A DNA stretch of 64,000 bases, taken from positions 43,002 to 107,001 of the forward strand of contig CACOBG010000005.1 of NCBI GenBank assembly GCA_902625415.1. Direction: 5' to 3'. The notes beneath the pieces are model-generated. The model searched no databases and had not been told where the DNA came from. It worked only from the letters and a program-made list of their open reading frames with translations. The translations under genes and the position numbers were made by a program. This stretch comes from an uncultured SAR86 cluster bacterium. Lineage in GTDB: Bacteria > Pseudomonadota > Gammaproteobacteria > Magnimaribacterales > AG-339-G14. Shown in pieces: positions 1 to 9,160 of the stretch (position 1 is its first letter; each line of letters begins with the position of its first letter).

Positions 1-422
1 AAGAATTACCTGCGCAGATAGTTTTTGGCAATATTGGCGCCACTTCCATTGTTTCTTCTTCGGAGCAATCCAATACTATTTTAAAAGTTGAAGCTCTAGA
101 TTTATTTGCAAATGAAAATAGCCTGGAGGGAATTTCTTTCATAAAGATAGATGTTGAAGGGCATGAACACTCAGTTTTGGTTGGTGCAGAAGATACTCTA
201 AAAAAGGAAAATGCAGTTGTTTCTTTGGAGCTAGAAATGACTAATTATTATGAGAACTGCATCAAATCTATAAATTTCCTTCAATCATGTGGGTACTCAG
301 AGGCTTATTTTTTAAAAAATTCTTTTTCTGGAGCAATTTCATCAAACTTTAAAAAAACTTCCATCGATAATTTTTTAAAGTTACCTAGAAAAAGACATAA
401 AATGGTCTTATTCACTAAATAA
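1..422 (+). CDS. FkbM-family methyltransferase, C-terminal part (5' end outside window)
   Basis: Frame 3 is open from nt 3 to TAA 420-422. ...GISFIKIDVEGHEHSVLVGAEDTL matches the FkbM-family KIDVEG.E..VL.G motif. Confidence 0.7.
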   Translation, partial: ELPAQIVFGNIGATSIVSSSEQSNTILKVEALDLFANENSLEGISFIKIDVEGHEHSVLVGAEDTLKKENAVVSLELEMTNYYENCIKSINFLQSCGYSEAYFLKNSFSGAISSNFKKTSIDNFLKLPRKRHKMVLFTK

Positions 423-425
423 AAA

Positions 426-1052
426 ATGAAAAAGAGTTTAAAAATCTGGATCCCACTAATAGTTACATACTTAATTTTCTTCGCTTGGTATACAAATTTA
501 TCCGGTCCTCTCACAGAGCAAGAAATAGAAACTTACAAAAAAATCTTTGAAGAAAGTAATTCAGTAAGAAGAGATTCTGGGCAATGGGAAAAAGCATTCA
601 AGTTCATGAATGAGGATGATGGCAAAGACTTTTATATGGTGAACTTTCTTGATAGGAACGAATCACCGCGAACTATGGAAGCTACTGGAGAAGGAGCAAC
701 TTCATTAGACTTGCAGATGCACTACATGGAATACATGTGGCCACAACAGTTTAAAAGAGCCTCACATCCCGTTTTCTTTGCTTTTGTTTTGAATCCTGCT
801 CTGGACATTGTTGCCGCTCAAGGAATGGAAGACTGGGACATTGTTGCAATATTTAGATACAGAAGCAGAAGAGATTTGTTTGAAATCGGTCTGAATCCTA
901 TTTTTGATGAAAGGCATCCATACAAAGTTGAGGCATTAGATAAAACGATAGCCATTCCTGTAGAAACTCCTTTCATTACCGATTTAAGATTTGCCTTGTT
1001 TGTACTTTTATTACTCATTGGCCTAATAATTGAAAGAATCAGAGGAAAATAA
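426..1052 (+). CDS. hypothetical protein with a hydrophobic helix at each end
   Basis: ATG lies 3 nt after the upstream stop. 208 aa with hydrophobic helices at both ends (IWIPLIVTYLIFFAWY; FALFVLLLLIGLII) around a soluble domain of about 150 aa. No family recognised with confidence. Confidence 0.5.
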   Translation: MKKSLKIWIPLIVTYLIFFAWYTNLSGPLTEQEIETYKKIFEESNSVRRDSGQWEKAFKFMNEDDGKDFYMVNFLDRNESPRTMEATGEGATSLDLQMHYMEYMWPQQFKRASHPVFFAFVLNPALDIVAAQGMEDWDIVAIFRYRSRRDLFEIGLNPIFDERHPYKVEALDKTIAIPVETPFITDLRFALFVLLLLIGLIIERIRGK

Positions 1053-1094
1053 AATTCTTATAAGCTTTTTCTCAAAGCTATCAAAAATTAAAAA

Positions 1095-2156
1095 ATGACG
1101 AACAGAATAAAAGCAGCTTGGGAAGGAAGGATTTCAGGTTGCTTGCTTGGTAAACCCATAGAAATTTTATCAATGAGGGAAGGAAAAGACTCTTTAGAAA
1201 ATTACCTTAAAGAAGCAAAGTCTTTCCCCTTGAGGGACTATATAAATTATGTCGAGCATCCTTTAATAAAAGGCTTATCAATTAATTGCTGCAAGGGAAA
1301 AATTAATAGAGCTGAACAAGATGACGATATCACTTACACAGTTTTAGCTTTAATGATGCTCGAAGAACATGGCTTAAAACTTGATACAGATGACATTGCA
1401 AGGACATGGATCAATAAACTGCCAGCTGGCGCTACTTTTACGGCAGAAAGAGAGGCCTACAGCAAATTATTAAAAAATATGAACTTTGATTATCAATGGG
1501 GTGGGGAAAGAAAATTTGATATCGATGCTCTCAGCGACAATGAGTTTAACGATTGGATCGGAGCACAAATAAGGATCGATATGTATGGTTGGGTCCTGCC
1601 TGGCAACCCGGCAATAGCTGCAGATCTAGCAAGGAAAGATGCACGCCTTTCTCATAGAGGTTGTGCCGTAGAATGTTCTGCATATATTGCTGCTCTTGCA
1701 GCTCTAATACCAGTTAATGAAAAGAGAAAGGATGCGGTTGAAGAAGCTTTAAAATATATAGATAAAAATTCAGATGCCTATAAAGCAGTGGAAATAGGGA
1801 AAAAAAATATCGGCAAACCTTGCAACAAAATCATAGACAAATATAAAGATCTTTCCCCAGTCCATAGCCTTAATAATTTAGCTATAGTTGTGTGGGCTTT
1901 TTTAAGTTTTCAAGATTCTTTTGATGAAGCAGTAGGCGAAGCAGTTTCAGCGGGATGGGATACCGATTGTAATGGAGCAACTGTTGGCGGATTATTTGGT
2001 CTTGCTAATGGTGAGATTCCATCAAAGTGGACTGATCCTTGGAGTGGAAAAGTAAACACTACCATTTCTGGTATAGGAGAATTAAGTTTAGAAAACCTCA
2101 TTCAAAGAACAGAGAATCTCCGAGAAAATATAAGTTCGCAATTAAGAAAATCATAA
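1095..2156 (+). CDS. ADP-ribosylglycohydrolase family protein (YegU-like)
   Basis: DDDITYTVLALMML and SAGWDTDCNGATVGGLFG, the two acidic metal-binding motifs typical of the ADP-ribosylglycohydrolase fold. Confidence 0.85.
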   Translation: MTNRIKAAWEGRISGCLLGKPIEILSMREGKDSLENYLKEAKSFPLRDYINYVEHPLIKGLSINCCKGKINRAEQDDDITYTVLALMMLEEHGLKLDTDDIARTWINKLPAGATFTAEREAYSKLLKNMNFDYQWGGERKFDIDALSDNEFNDWIGAQIRIDMYGWVLPGNPAIAADLARKDARLSHRGCAVECSAYIAALAALIPVNEKRKDAVEEALKYIDKNSDAYKAVEIGKKNIGKPCNKIIDKYKDLSPVHSLNNLAIVVWAFLSFQDSFDEAVGEAVSAGWDTDCNGATVGGLFGLANGEIPSKWTDPWSGKVNTTISGIGELSLENLIQRTENLRENISSQLRKS

Positions 2157-2159
2157 AAA

Positions 2160-3065
2160 ATGTCTGACTTTATTGTTTTTGGCGGTATTAATATGGACCT
2201 TTTTGCTTATCTTCCTAGGTCTCCTGAAGAAGGCGAAACAATTGAAGCAAACTCAATAGAATTCTTTTTGGGAGGAAAGGGCGCCAATCAGGCAGTAGCT
2301 TTGGCGAGACTAGGCGCAAAAGTCAATTTTGTTGGAACCGTTGGCAAAGATTTATTTGGTAAGGACCTGGAGTCTTTGATCAAAAGAGAAAAAGTGAATA
2401 TAAAGAACTTGAGCAGAAAGAAAGGACAATCTGGTGTTGCATTGATAAATGTATCAAGAGATGGCAGAAATGAAGTCGTGGCTTTTCCAGGCATAAATAA
2501 GAATTCCAAAAGCAAACAAGTAAGCAATCAGGAGTTAGAAGCTTGCTCAATTGTAATTGGTACGATGGAGTTGGAAGAGGTTGAGACTTCAGATTTATTC
2601 AAGCGCGCGAAACAAAAAAATTGTTTAACGATACTCAATTTAGCTCCCTACAAAGAACCATCAAAATTATTATTGGAGCAAACAGATATTTTAGTTGTTA
2701 ATGAGACTGAATTTTTAGGACTTCTTAACAAAGCTTCCCACTCAGTTGATATAGACTTCATCGATAAGAATATTTCCTCTTTAAATACTCCCTCGCATGT
2801 AAATGTTGTTATCACTCTGGGAGATTTGGGAGTAATTGCATATGCAAATGGAAAAAGAAAATATTACAAATCAAAAAAAGTTAAAGCTATTGATACAGTT
2901 GGTGCAGGTGATTGTTTCGTAGGCGCCCTAGGATTTTCTCTTTCTGAAAATCCAGATATATTCTCTGCGGTTAAATTTGCAAATTGTGCAGCAGCATTAT
3001 CAGTAACCAAAAAAGGTGCTGCTAAATCAATGCCATCCTATGATGAGGTTGTAAATAAACTTTAA
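2160..3065 (+). CDS. PfkB/ribokinase-family carbohydrate kinase (YegV-like)
   Basis: GGKGANQAVALARLGAKV and DTVGAGDCFVGALG (PfkB signatures). Starts 3 nt after the upstream stop. Confidence 0.85.
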   Translation: MSDFIVFGGINMDLFAYLPRSPEEGETIEANSIEFFLGGKGANQAVALARLGAKVNFVGTVGKDLFGKDLESLIKREKVNIKNLSRKKGQSGVALINVSRDGRNEVVAFPGINKNSKSKQVSNQELEACSIVIGTMELEEVETSDLFKRAKQKNCLTILNLAPYKEPSKLLLEQTDILVVNETEFLGLLNKASHSVDIDFIDKNISSLNTPSHVNVVITLGDLGVIAYANGKRKYYKSKKVKAIDTVGAGDCFVGALGFSLSENPDIFSAVKFANCAAALSVTKKGAAKSMPSYDEVVNKL

Positions 3066-3083
3066 ATTTTTTAATCTATTTAA

Positions 3084-3950
3084 ATGAAAAGTTTGGATTT
3101 TAAAAATTTTGAAAAATTAGATTTACCTTTCAAAGTTAATAGATTGTCCACAAATATTGGAGCAGAGCTTCTGGAAATTGATCTAAGAGAAGATTTTAAT
3201 AAGGAAACTTATAAATTGATCTACCAAGCTCTACTCATTTATAAAGTAATTTTTTTCCGCAAGCAGAATCTTAGTACTGAAGATCATTTGAGATTTGCAA
3301 AAAAATTTGGTGAACTGGAAGTTCATCCTTTTGCGCCACACAAAGAAGGTTACCCAGAGGTTCTCAGCATAACTCATAACGAAAAGAGCAAAGGTAGAGA
3401 AAACACTTGGCACTCTGATGTTACTTGGAGAGAAGAACCTTCCCTGGGATCTATTTTGCGCATGATCGAGGGCCCTCAAGTTGGAGGTGATACTTTATTT
3501 TCTGACATGTATATGGCCTATGACGGTCTGCCTGAGGAAGTGAAGAAAAAGCTAGAAGGAGCAATTGCTGTACATGATTTTGCTGGTTTTAGACAAAGAT
3601 TGATCAAACAAGGCAAAAGTGAAGCAGAAATAGAGGCTTTTAATCAAAAGTATCCAAGTCCTGAACATCCTGTGATTCGCACGCATCCGGATACAAAACA
3701 AAAAGTTATATACGTAAACAAAGCTTTTACTCAATATATAAAAGACTGGGATGCTACAGAATCTTCCATTATGCTAGATTTTTTATATGCCCAAGCTGCA
3801 ATACCTGAGTATCAGTGTCGATTTATCTGGGAAAAGGATTCGATTGCTTTTTGGGATAATAGAGCGTGCCAACACTATGCCGTATCAGATTATTGGCCGC
3901 AAGTGAGAAAAGTTGAAAGGGTTACAGTCGTAGGCGACAGACCCTACTAA
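3084..3950 (+). CDS. TauD/TfdA-family Fe(II)/2-oxoglutarate dioxygenase
   Basis: NTWHSDVTWREEPSLGSILR (HxD iron ligands), the length and a C-terminal region typical of taurine-dioxygenase-like enzymes. Confidence 0.85.
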   Translation: MKSLDFKNFEKLDLPFKVNRLSTNIGAELLEIDLREDFNKETYKLIYQALLIYKVIFFRKQNLSTEDHLRFAKKFGELEVHPFAPHKEGYPEVLSITHNEKSKGRENTWHSDVTWREEPSLGSILRMIEGPQVGGDTLFSDMYMAYDGLPEEVKKKLEGAIAVHDFAGFRQRLIKQGKSEAEIEAFNQKYPSPEHPVIRTHPDTKQKVIYVNKAFTQYIKDWDATESSIMLDFLYAQAAIPEYQCRFIWEKDSIAFWDNRACQHYAVSDYWPQVRKVERVTVVGDRPY

Positions 3951-3978
3951 AAATTGTAAATAAATTACAGGGGAAATT

Positions 3979-4368
3979 ATGTTTAGTCATATTATGGTTG
4001 GAGCAAATGATATTGAGGAATCTAAAACTTTTTACGACAATGTTTTAGGAGTTTTAGGTGCAAAACCAGGACTCATGGTTCCGAATCTTACAGGTCAAAC
4101 TCGTTACTTTTATTTTTTAGAGGGAATGACTTTCTGTATTTCAGAGCCCATTGACGGGGAGCCAGCTTCTTCAGGAAATGGCTCAACTATTGGATTCAAT
4201 ATAGAAGATGAAGCTCAAGGAGATAAATGGCATGCAGCAGGCCTTGAATCTGGTGGAGTTTCCATTGAAGATGCGCCCGGTGTTAGAGAATTTGAAGGTA
4301 TGAAAATGTACTTAGCTTATTTGAGAGATCCCTCTGGCAACAAGCTTTGTGCAATTAAACAACTGTAG
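3979..4368 (+). CDS. VOC (glyoxalase/bleomycin-resistance/dioxygenase) family protein
   Basis: 129 aa. MFSHIMVGANDIEESKTFYDNVLG is a typical VOC N-terminus. GGGGAA ribosome-binding site precedes the ATG. Confidence 0.75.
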   Translation: MFSHIMVGANDIEESKTFYDNVLGVLGAKPGLMVPNLTGQTRYFYFLEGMTFCISEPIDGEPASSGNGSTIGFNIEDEAQGDKWHAAGLESGGVSIEDAPGVREFEGMKMYLAYLRDPSGNKLCAIKQL

Positions 4369-4373
4369 AATTT

Positions 4374-5612
4374 ATGGATTATGTTCCTTATGCAGTTCCG
4401 TTTTTCTTATTAGCCATCCTAATAGAGCTTTCTTATGGTTGGTTAAAAAATAATAATACCTATCGAGCCAATGATGCTTTTTCTAGTATGTTTATGGGAG
4501 CTCTTCGGTCTACTAGTTCGGCATTGAAAATAGGTTTAGGAGGAGCAGTTTTCTTCTTTGTGGAAACACATTTCTCATTGCCAAGATGGAATTCAAGTTC
4601 AATTCTTACTTGGATTGTTGCCTTTTTTGCCTATGACTTCTTTTATTATTGGTTTCATAGAATTAGTCATGAGAGACAAATTTTTTGGGCATCGCATGTG
4701 GCTCATCACCAAAGCGAGGATTACAATTTATCTACAGCACTAAGACAGACTGGCACAGGTTTCTTTTTGACCTGGGTATTTTATATTCCGCTTTTCATTA
4801 TCGGGGTGCCTTCTTATGTTTTTGTTTCGGTAGCTTCCATAAATTTGATTTATCAATTTTGGGTGCATACCGAGCACGTTCCAAAACTGGGATGGTTCGA
4901 GTTATTTTTCGTTTCTCCCTCCAATCACAGAGTTCATCATGCTCAAAATGAAGAATACATAGATAAGAATTATGGTGGGGTATTTATTATTTGGGATAGA
5001 TTGTTCGGAACTTTCAAGGAGGAGGAAGACAATGTATCTCCTGTCTATGGCATAAGAGGCCCTTTAAAAACCTTTAATCCTCTTTGGGCAAATCTTCATA
5101 TTTACGTGAAGATGCTAAGAGAAATATTTCATACAAAAAATCTTAAAGATAAGCTTTATGTCTTGGTTGCACCAACTAGGTGGATTCCAATCGATTCAGG
5201 TCATTTATCTCCTAAAGAAGATTTTGATGTTCACAATTTTGAAAAATACAATCCCAATTCCTCTTTTGCTTCTAAAAGCTATGCTTTTTTTCAACTGATA
5301 TTCGTATCTCTTATCAGCACAGTCTTTATTGAATTAGGCGAAATGAGCCTAGCGCAAGGCATTGTTGTTGCTTTAGCAATGGTTTCAACTGCTTATTGTG
5401 TTTCCTTATGGCTGGACTGCAAGAGAGCTTTATTGGCAGATACTTTCAGAATAGTTTTCCTAACAGGAGTTTTCCTAACTTCTTTCTTCCTGCCTGAAGC
5501 GAACAAATACATTCTTCCTTTGGCAGGATACTTATCCATAAACCTATTATTCCTCTTTTTCTTGCATAATTCTTTTCAGAAAAACAACCTTTTGACACGA
5601 GGAATGTCATAA
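4374..5612 (+). CDS. fatty-acid hydroxylase/sterol desaturase superfamily membrane oxygenase (alkylglycerol-monooxygenase-like) with extra C-terminal TM module
   Basis: His boxes HRISHE, HVAHHQSE and HRVHH. Several TM helices, plus a C-terminal region of about 130 aa with four further hydrophobic helices. Confidence 0.8.
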   Translation: MDYVPYAVPFFLLAILIELSYGWLKNNNTYRANDAFSSMFMGALRSTSSALKIGLGGAVFFFVETHFSLPRWNSSSILTWIVAFFAYDFFYYWFHRISHERQIFWASHVAHHQSEDYNLSTALRQTGTGFFLTWVFYIPLFIIGVPSYVFVSVASINLIYQFWVHTEHVPKLGWFELFFVSPSNHRVHHAQNEEYIDKNYGGVFIIWDRLFGTFKEEEDNVSPVYGIRGPLKTFNPLWANLHIYVKMLREIFHTKNLKDKLYVLVAPTRWIPIDSGHLSPKEDFDVHNFEKYNPNSSFASKSYAFFQLIFVSLISTVFIELGEMSLAQGIVVALAMVSTAYCVSLWLDCKRALLADTFRIVFLTGVFLTSFFLPEANKYILPLAGYLSINLLFLFFLHNSFQKNNLLTRGMS

Positions 5613-5649
5613 GTTATATTTTTTTTTACATTTATAAAGGTAATTCAAT

Positions 5650-7557
5650 ATGGCAGCAAATATAGAAAAATTTGATTTTGATCCGGAAAAACTTAGACAA
5701 AAGTACAGAGAGGAAAGAGATAAACGTCTTCGCCCTGATGGCAATGACCAATATCAGGAAGTAAAAGGTGATTTCTCATATTTTGTAGAAGATCCATATG
5801 TTGAAGAAAAGACAGAAAGGGAATCTTTAAAACTTCATACTGAAATTGCAATTATCGGCGGTGGTTTTGGCGGAATGCTGGCTGCTGCAAGAATTAGAGA
5901 AGCAGGATTTGATGATTTTAAAATAATTGAAAAAGGAGGAGATTTTGGTGGGACTTGGTACTGGAATAGATATCCGGGAGCCTCATGTGATATTGAATCT
6001 TATATTTATTTTCCTTTGCTTGAAGAAACTGGATTTGTACCTAAAAGAAAATATACCAATGCTCCTGAGACTCTAGAGTATTGTGGAGTTATTGCTGAAA
6101 AGTTTAAGCTTTACGAAAACTCAATTTTGCAAACAGAAGTCACTGAGACGAAGTGGTCGGATGATTCTGGATTATGGACAATCAAAACCAACAAAGGCGA
6201 TGAAATAACTGCAAATTTTGTTGTTCATTCAAATGGACCTTTAAACAGACCAAAGTTGCCCGCAATAGACGGAATTAATGACTACAAAGGACATACTTTT
6301 CATACAAGTCGTTGGGACTACGAATATACTGGAGGTAGTTCTCACGGAGATCTGACAAATCTTTCTGATAAAAGAGTTGCCATCATCGGTACAGGAGCAA
6401 CAGCTGTGCAGTGTATTCCGCATTTGGGAGCATCTGCAAAAGAGCTTTATGTTTTTCAAAGAACTCCTTCGTCGATAGACGTTAGAGCAAATAGAGAAAC
6501 CGACGAAACCTGGTTTAATTCTATGAAGCCTGGGTGGCATGAAAAAAGAAGAGCTAACTTTGAAGGATTTCTAGCAGGAGAATTTAGCGGAGAAGATTTA
6601 GTAAATGACGGTTGGACTGAAATTTTCAGAACCATATTGTCAGCATTCAGGGCATCAGGACCATCTAAACTCAGAATGGCTTTGTGGGCATTACTTGCGC
6701 CATTCAATAAAGATTTTTATAAAAAAGGCCTTAAGCCATATATGGCTGATAAGTTCATGAACTTTGTTGGGAAAGAAAATATCTCGAATAAAGTTGAAAT
6801 GGTAGATTTTGCCAAAATGGAGCAAATAAGAGCCAGAGCTGAAGATATAGTAAAAGATCCAAACGTAGCAGAATCCTTAAAGCCCTATTACCGACAATTT
6901 TGTAAACGCCCATGTTTCCACGATGAATACCTAGATACTTACAATCGTGAAAATGTGACTTTGGTTGATACTCAAGGTAAAGGCCTAGATAAAATCACTG
7001 AAAAGGGCATTTTCTTCGATGGTAAAGAATATGAAGTTGATTGCATCATATTTGCTACAGGCTTTGAGGTAGGAACTGATTACACCAGAAGAAGTGGTTA
7101 TGAAATTTATGGAAGAAAAGGCCTTTCAATAATGGATAAATGGAAAGATGGTCTTTCTACTATGCACGGTATGCATAGCCGTGGATTTCCAAATAGTTTT
7201 TTCTTTGGTCCTCAACAAGCTGGCTTCACAGCAAACTATACTCATTCACTCGATGAACAGAGTATCCACCTTGCATATATTTTAAAATCCATGAGAGAAC
7301 AGAACATGTCTCTAGTTGAGGCTTCAAAAGAAGGTGAGGAAAATTGGGTAAAAACTATTATAGATAACTCCAGAGACATGTTGAGTTTTCAAGAAAGTTG
7401 CACCCCGGGTTATTATAATAATGAAGGTAAGCCCATGCAGGCTCCACAGAACAATCCTTACGGCGGAGGAGCCCTGAATTTTTTCAAACTTATGAAAAAA
7501 TGGCGTGATAAAGGAGATCTAAAAGGTCTTGAGCTCAGTAGCAATAATTACAATTAA
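5650..7557 (+). CDS. Baeyer-Villiger (type I flavin) monooxygenase, long form
   Basis: IIGGGFGGMLAA (FAD), GGDFGGTWYWNRYPGASCD, BVMO fingerprint YKGHTFHTSRWD and IIGTGATAVQ (NADPH). Confidence 0.9.
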   Translation: MAANIEKFDFDPEKLRQKYREERDKRLRPDGNDQYQEVKGDFSYFVEDPYVEEKTERESLKLHTEIAIIGGGFGGMLAAARIREAGFDDFKIIEKGGDFGGTWYWNRYPGASCDIESYIYFPLLEETGFVPKRKYTNAPETLEYCGVIAEKFKLYENSILQTEVTETKWSDDSGLWTIKTNKGDEITANFVVHSNGPLNRPKLPAIDGINDYKGHTFHTSRWDYEYTGGSSHGDLTNLSDKRVAIIGTGATAVQCIPHLGASAKELYVFQRTPSSIDVRANRETDETWFNSMKPGWHEKRRANFEGFLAGEFSGEDLVNDGWTEIFRTILSAFRASGPSKLRMALWALLAPFNKDFYKKGLKPYMADKFMNFVGKENISNKVEMVDFAKMEQIRARAEDIVKDPNVAESLKPYYRQFCKRPCFHDEYLDTYNRENVTLVDTQGKGLDKITEKGIFFDGKEYEVDCIIFATGFEVGTDYTRRSGYEIYGRKGLSIMDKWKDGLSTMHGMHSRGFPNSFFFGPQQAGFTANYTHSLDEQSIHLAYILKSMREQNMSLVEASKEGEENWVKTIIDNSRDMLSFQESCTPGYYNNEGKPMQAPQNNPYGGGALNFFKLMKKWRDKGDLKGLELSSNNYN

Positions 7558-7564
7558 TTTTTAA

Positions 7565-7978
7565 ATGATAAGTTTATTTTATGCAGGAGCGTTTGGCTTC
7601 TTTGCAATAATCTTGTCTCTACTTACCGTCAGACAAAGACTCATAACTCAAATTAGCCTGGGTACTGGAGATAGCGAAGAATTACTTTCTGCTCAAAGAG
7701 CACATGGAAATTTTATTGAGTATGCTCTTCTTTTTTTGGCTTTATCATTTGCTCTTGAAATCATCGGGCAAATACCTGATTTAGCAGTTGTAATTCTAGG
7801 AGACGTGTTTCTTTTAGCTAGAATTTCTCATGCTTACACTTTGATTGGAGGGGGAAACATAATTTTTAGACAGATGGGAATTTTATTTTCTTGGATAGTA
7901 ATATTAATTCAGGCTGTTTGGGCAATGATTATTTCAAGCCAATGGCTGATTTCTAACAATTTCGGCTTAAATATTTGA
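7565..7978 (+). CDS. MAPEG-family membrane protein (YecN-like)
   Basis: 137 aa with about 4 TM helices. QRAHGNFIEYALLFL matches the MAPEG/YecN core motif. Confidence 0.75.
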   Translation: MISLFYAGAFGFFAIILSLLTVRQRLITQISLGTGDSEELLSAQRAHGNFIEYALLFLALSFALEIIGQIPDLAVVILGDVFLLARISHAYTLIGGGNIIFRQMGILFSWIVILIQAVWAMIISSQWLISNNFGLNI

Positions 7979-7986
7979 CTTAAAAG

Positions 7987-8586
7987 ATGAGTTCTACCGA
8001 GCTTTTTGAACTAACTCTTGCCTTAAAGATAGTTCTTTGGGTTGAAGCAATAGTTTATTTAGGCCTAGGTATCTTTGAAATTTTTGATGATTTTTTTAGA
8101 AAACTTCCTTCTTGGACAAACCTCAATGGAAAATTAAACGCGTATTTATTCATGGAAGACAAAATGCAACATAAATTTCATGCCATTGTTTGTTTTTTTC
8201 TTGGTTTCATTGCTTTAAACGGCATCATAGAAGGAGCTGTCACAAGATTTGAAATTGAACTCCTATTTATCGGTCTGGCGCTAGTTATGATGCTTTTATG
8301 GATGATCATGCCTCCTGGAAAAATGGGTATAGCTATGTTTTTAACTAAGCCTGAGACATATCTTTCAATCGCCATGTTTTTATTATTTTCCGATCTGATC
8401 AGAGTAGAAGTTTTTATCATTTGTATTTTATTTAACCTTTGGGGAATAGCAGTTTTTCTCTTTAATACAAGAAAACTTATTATTCCCTATACTTACGAAA
8501 GATTTCGTGGCGATGTAATCGAAGCTGGTATTTCAGAAAATAAAATCAAAGCTTGGGATAAGATGTCAGGATATAAAAAAAATTAA
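7987..8586 (+). CDS. hypothetical polytopic membrane protein
   Basis: 199 aa with 5-6 hydrophobic helices, 8 nt after the MAPEG gene. No family recognised. Confidence 0.5.
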   Translation: MSSTELFELTLALKIVLWVEAIVYLGLGIFEIFDDFFRKLPSWTNLNGKLNAYLFMEDKMQHKFHAIVCFFLGFIALNGIIEGAVTRFEIELLFIGLALVMMLLWMIMPPGKMGIAMFLTKPETYLSIAMFLLFSDLIRVEVFIICILFNLWGIAVFLFNTRKLIIPYTYERFRGDVIEAGISENKIKAWDKMSGYKKN

Positions 8587-9153
8587 ATGACAATGAATGA
8601 AGCACTAAATAATATTCTTAATAGAAATTCCCCAAGAGAATTGTCTGAACCCCATCCTTCTGAAAAAGAAATGGAACTAATTTATCAGGCAGCGCTTAGG
8701 GCACCCGATCATGCTTGGCAGAGACCCTCAAGATTTATTCAAGTAACAGGCAAGGGTCTAGAAAAACTTTCATCTATTTTTGTAGATTTTGCTAAGGACA
8801 ACATTGATGATGTTACCGATGAGACATTGCAAAAATATAGAGAAGCACCTTTTCGTGCTCCAATGATTGTCATTCTAATTTCAGAAATCAAGACACACCC
8901 AAAAGTCCCTGAAATAGAGCAAATGCTTTCTACTGCGGCCGCTGCGGAAAATATATTACTTGCATTAAATGCCCTCAATTATGCTGGTATGTGGAGAACT
9001 GGAGTTTTTGCTCTCAATGAAAAAATTTCTAAGTACCTTGAATTACAGGGAAATCAAAAAGTCATAGGATATCTTTATGTAGGCACAGCTTCTGGAAAAC
9101 AAAAAAAAATTCCTGAAATGGATACATCTGAATTTGTAACTCAGTGGATCTAA
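8587..9153 (+). CDS. nitroreductase-family protein (YdjA-like)
   Basis: RNSPREL...LIYQAALRAPDHAWQRPSRFI is a typical nitroreductase N-terminal region. The ATG directly abuts the upstream stop. Confidence 0.8.
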   Translation: MTMNEALNNILNRNSPRELSEPHPSEKEMELIYQAALRAPDHAWQRPSRFIQVTGKGLEKLSSIFVDFAKDNIDDVTDETLQKYREAPFRAPMIVILISEIKTHPKVPEIEQMLSTAAAAENILLALNALNYAGMWRTGVFALNEKISKYLELQGNQKVIGYLYVGTASGKQKKIPEMDTSEFVTQWI

Positions 9154-9160
9154 CTCATAG

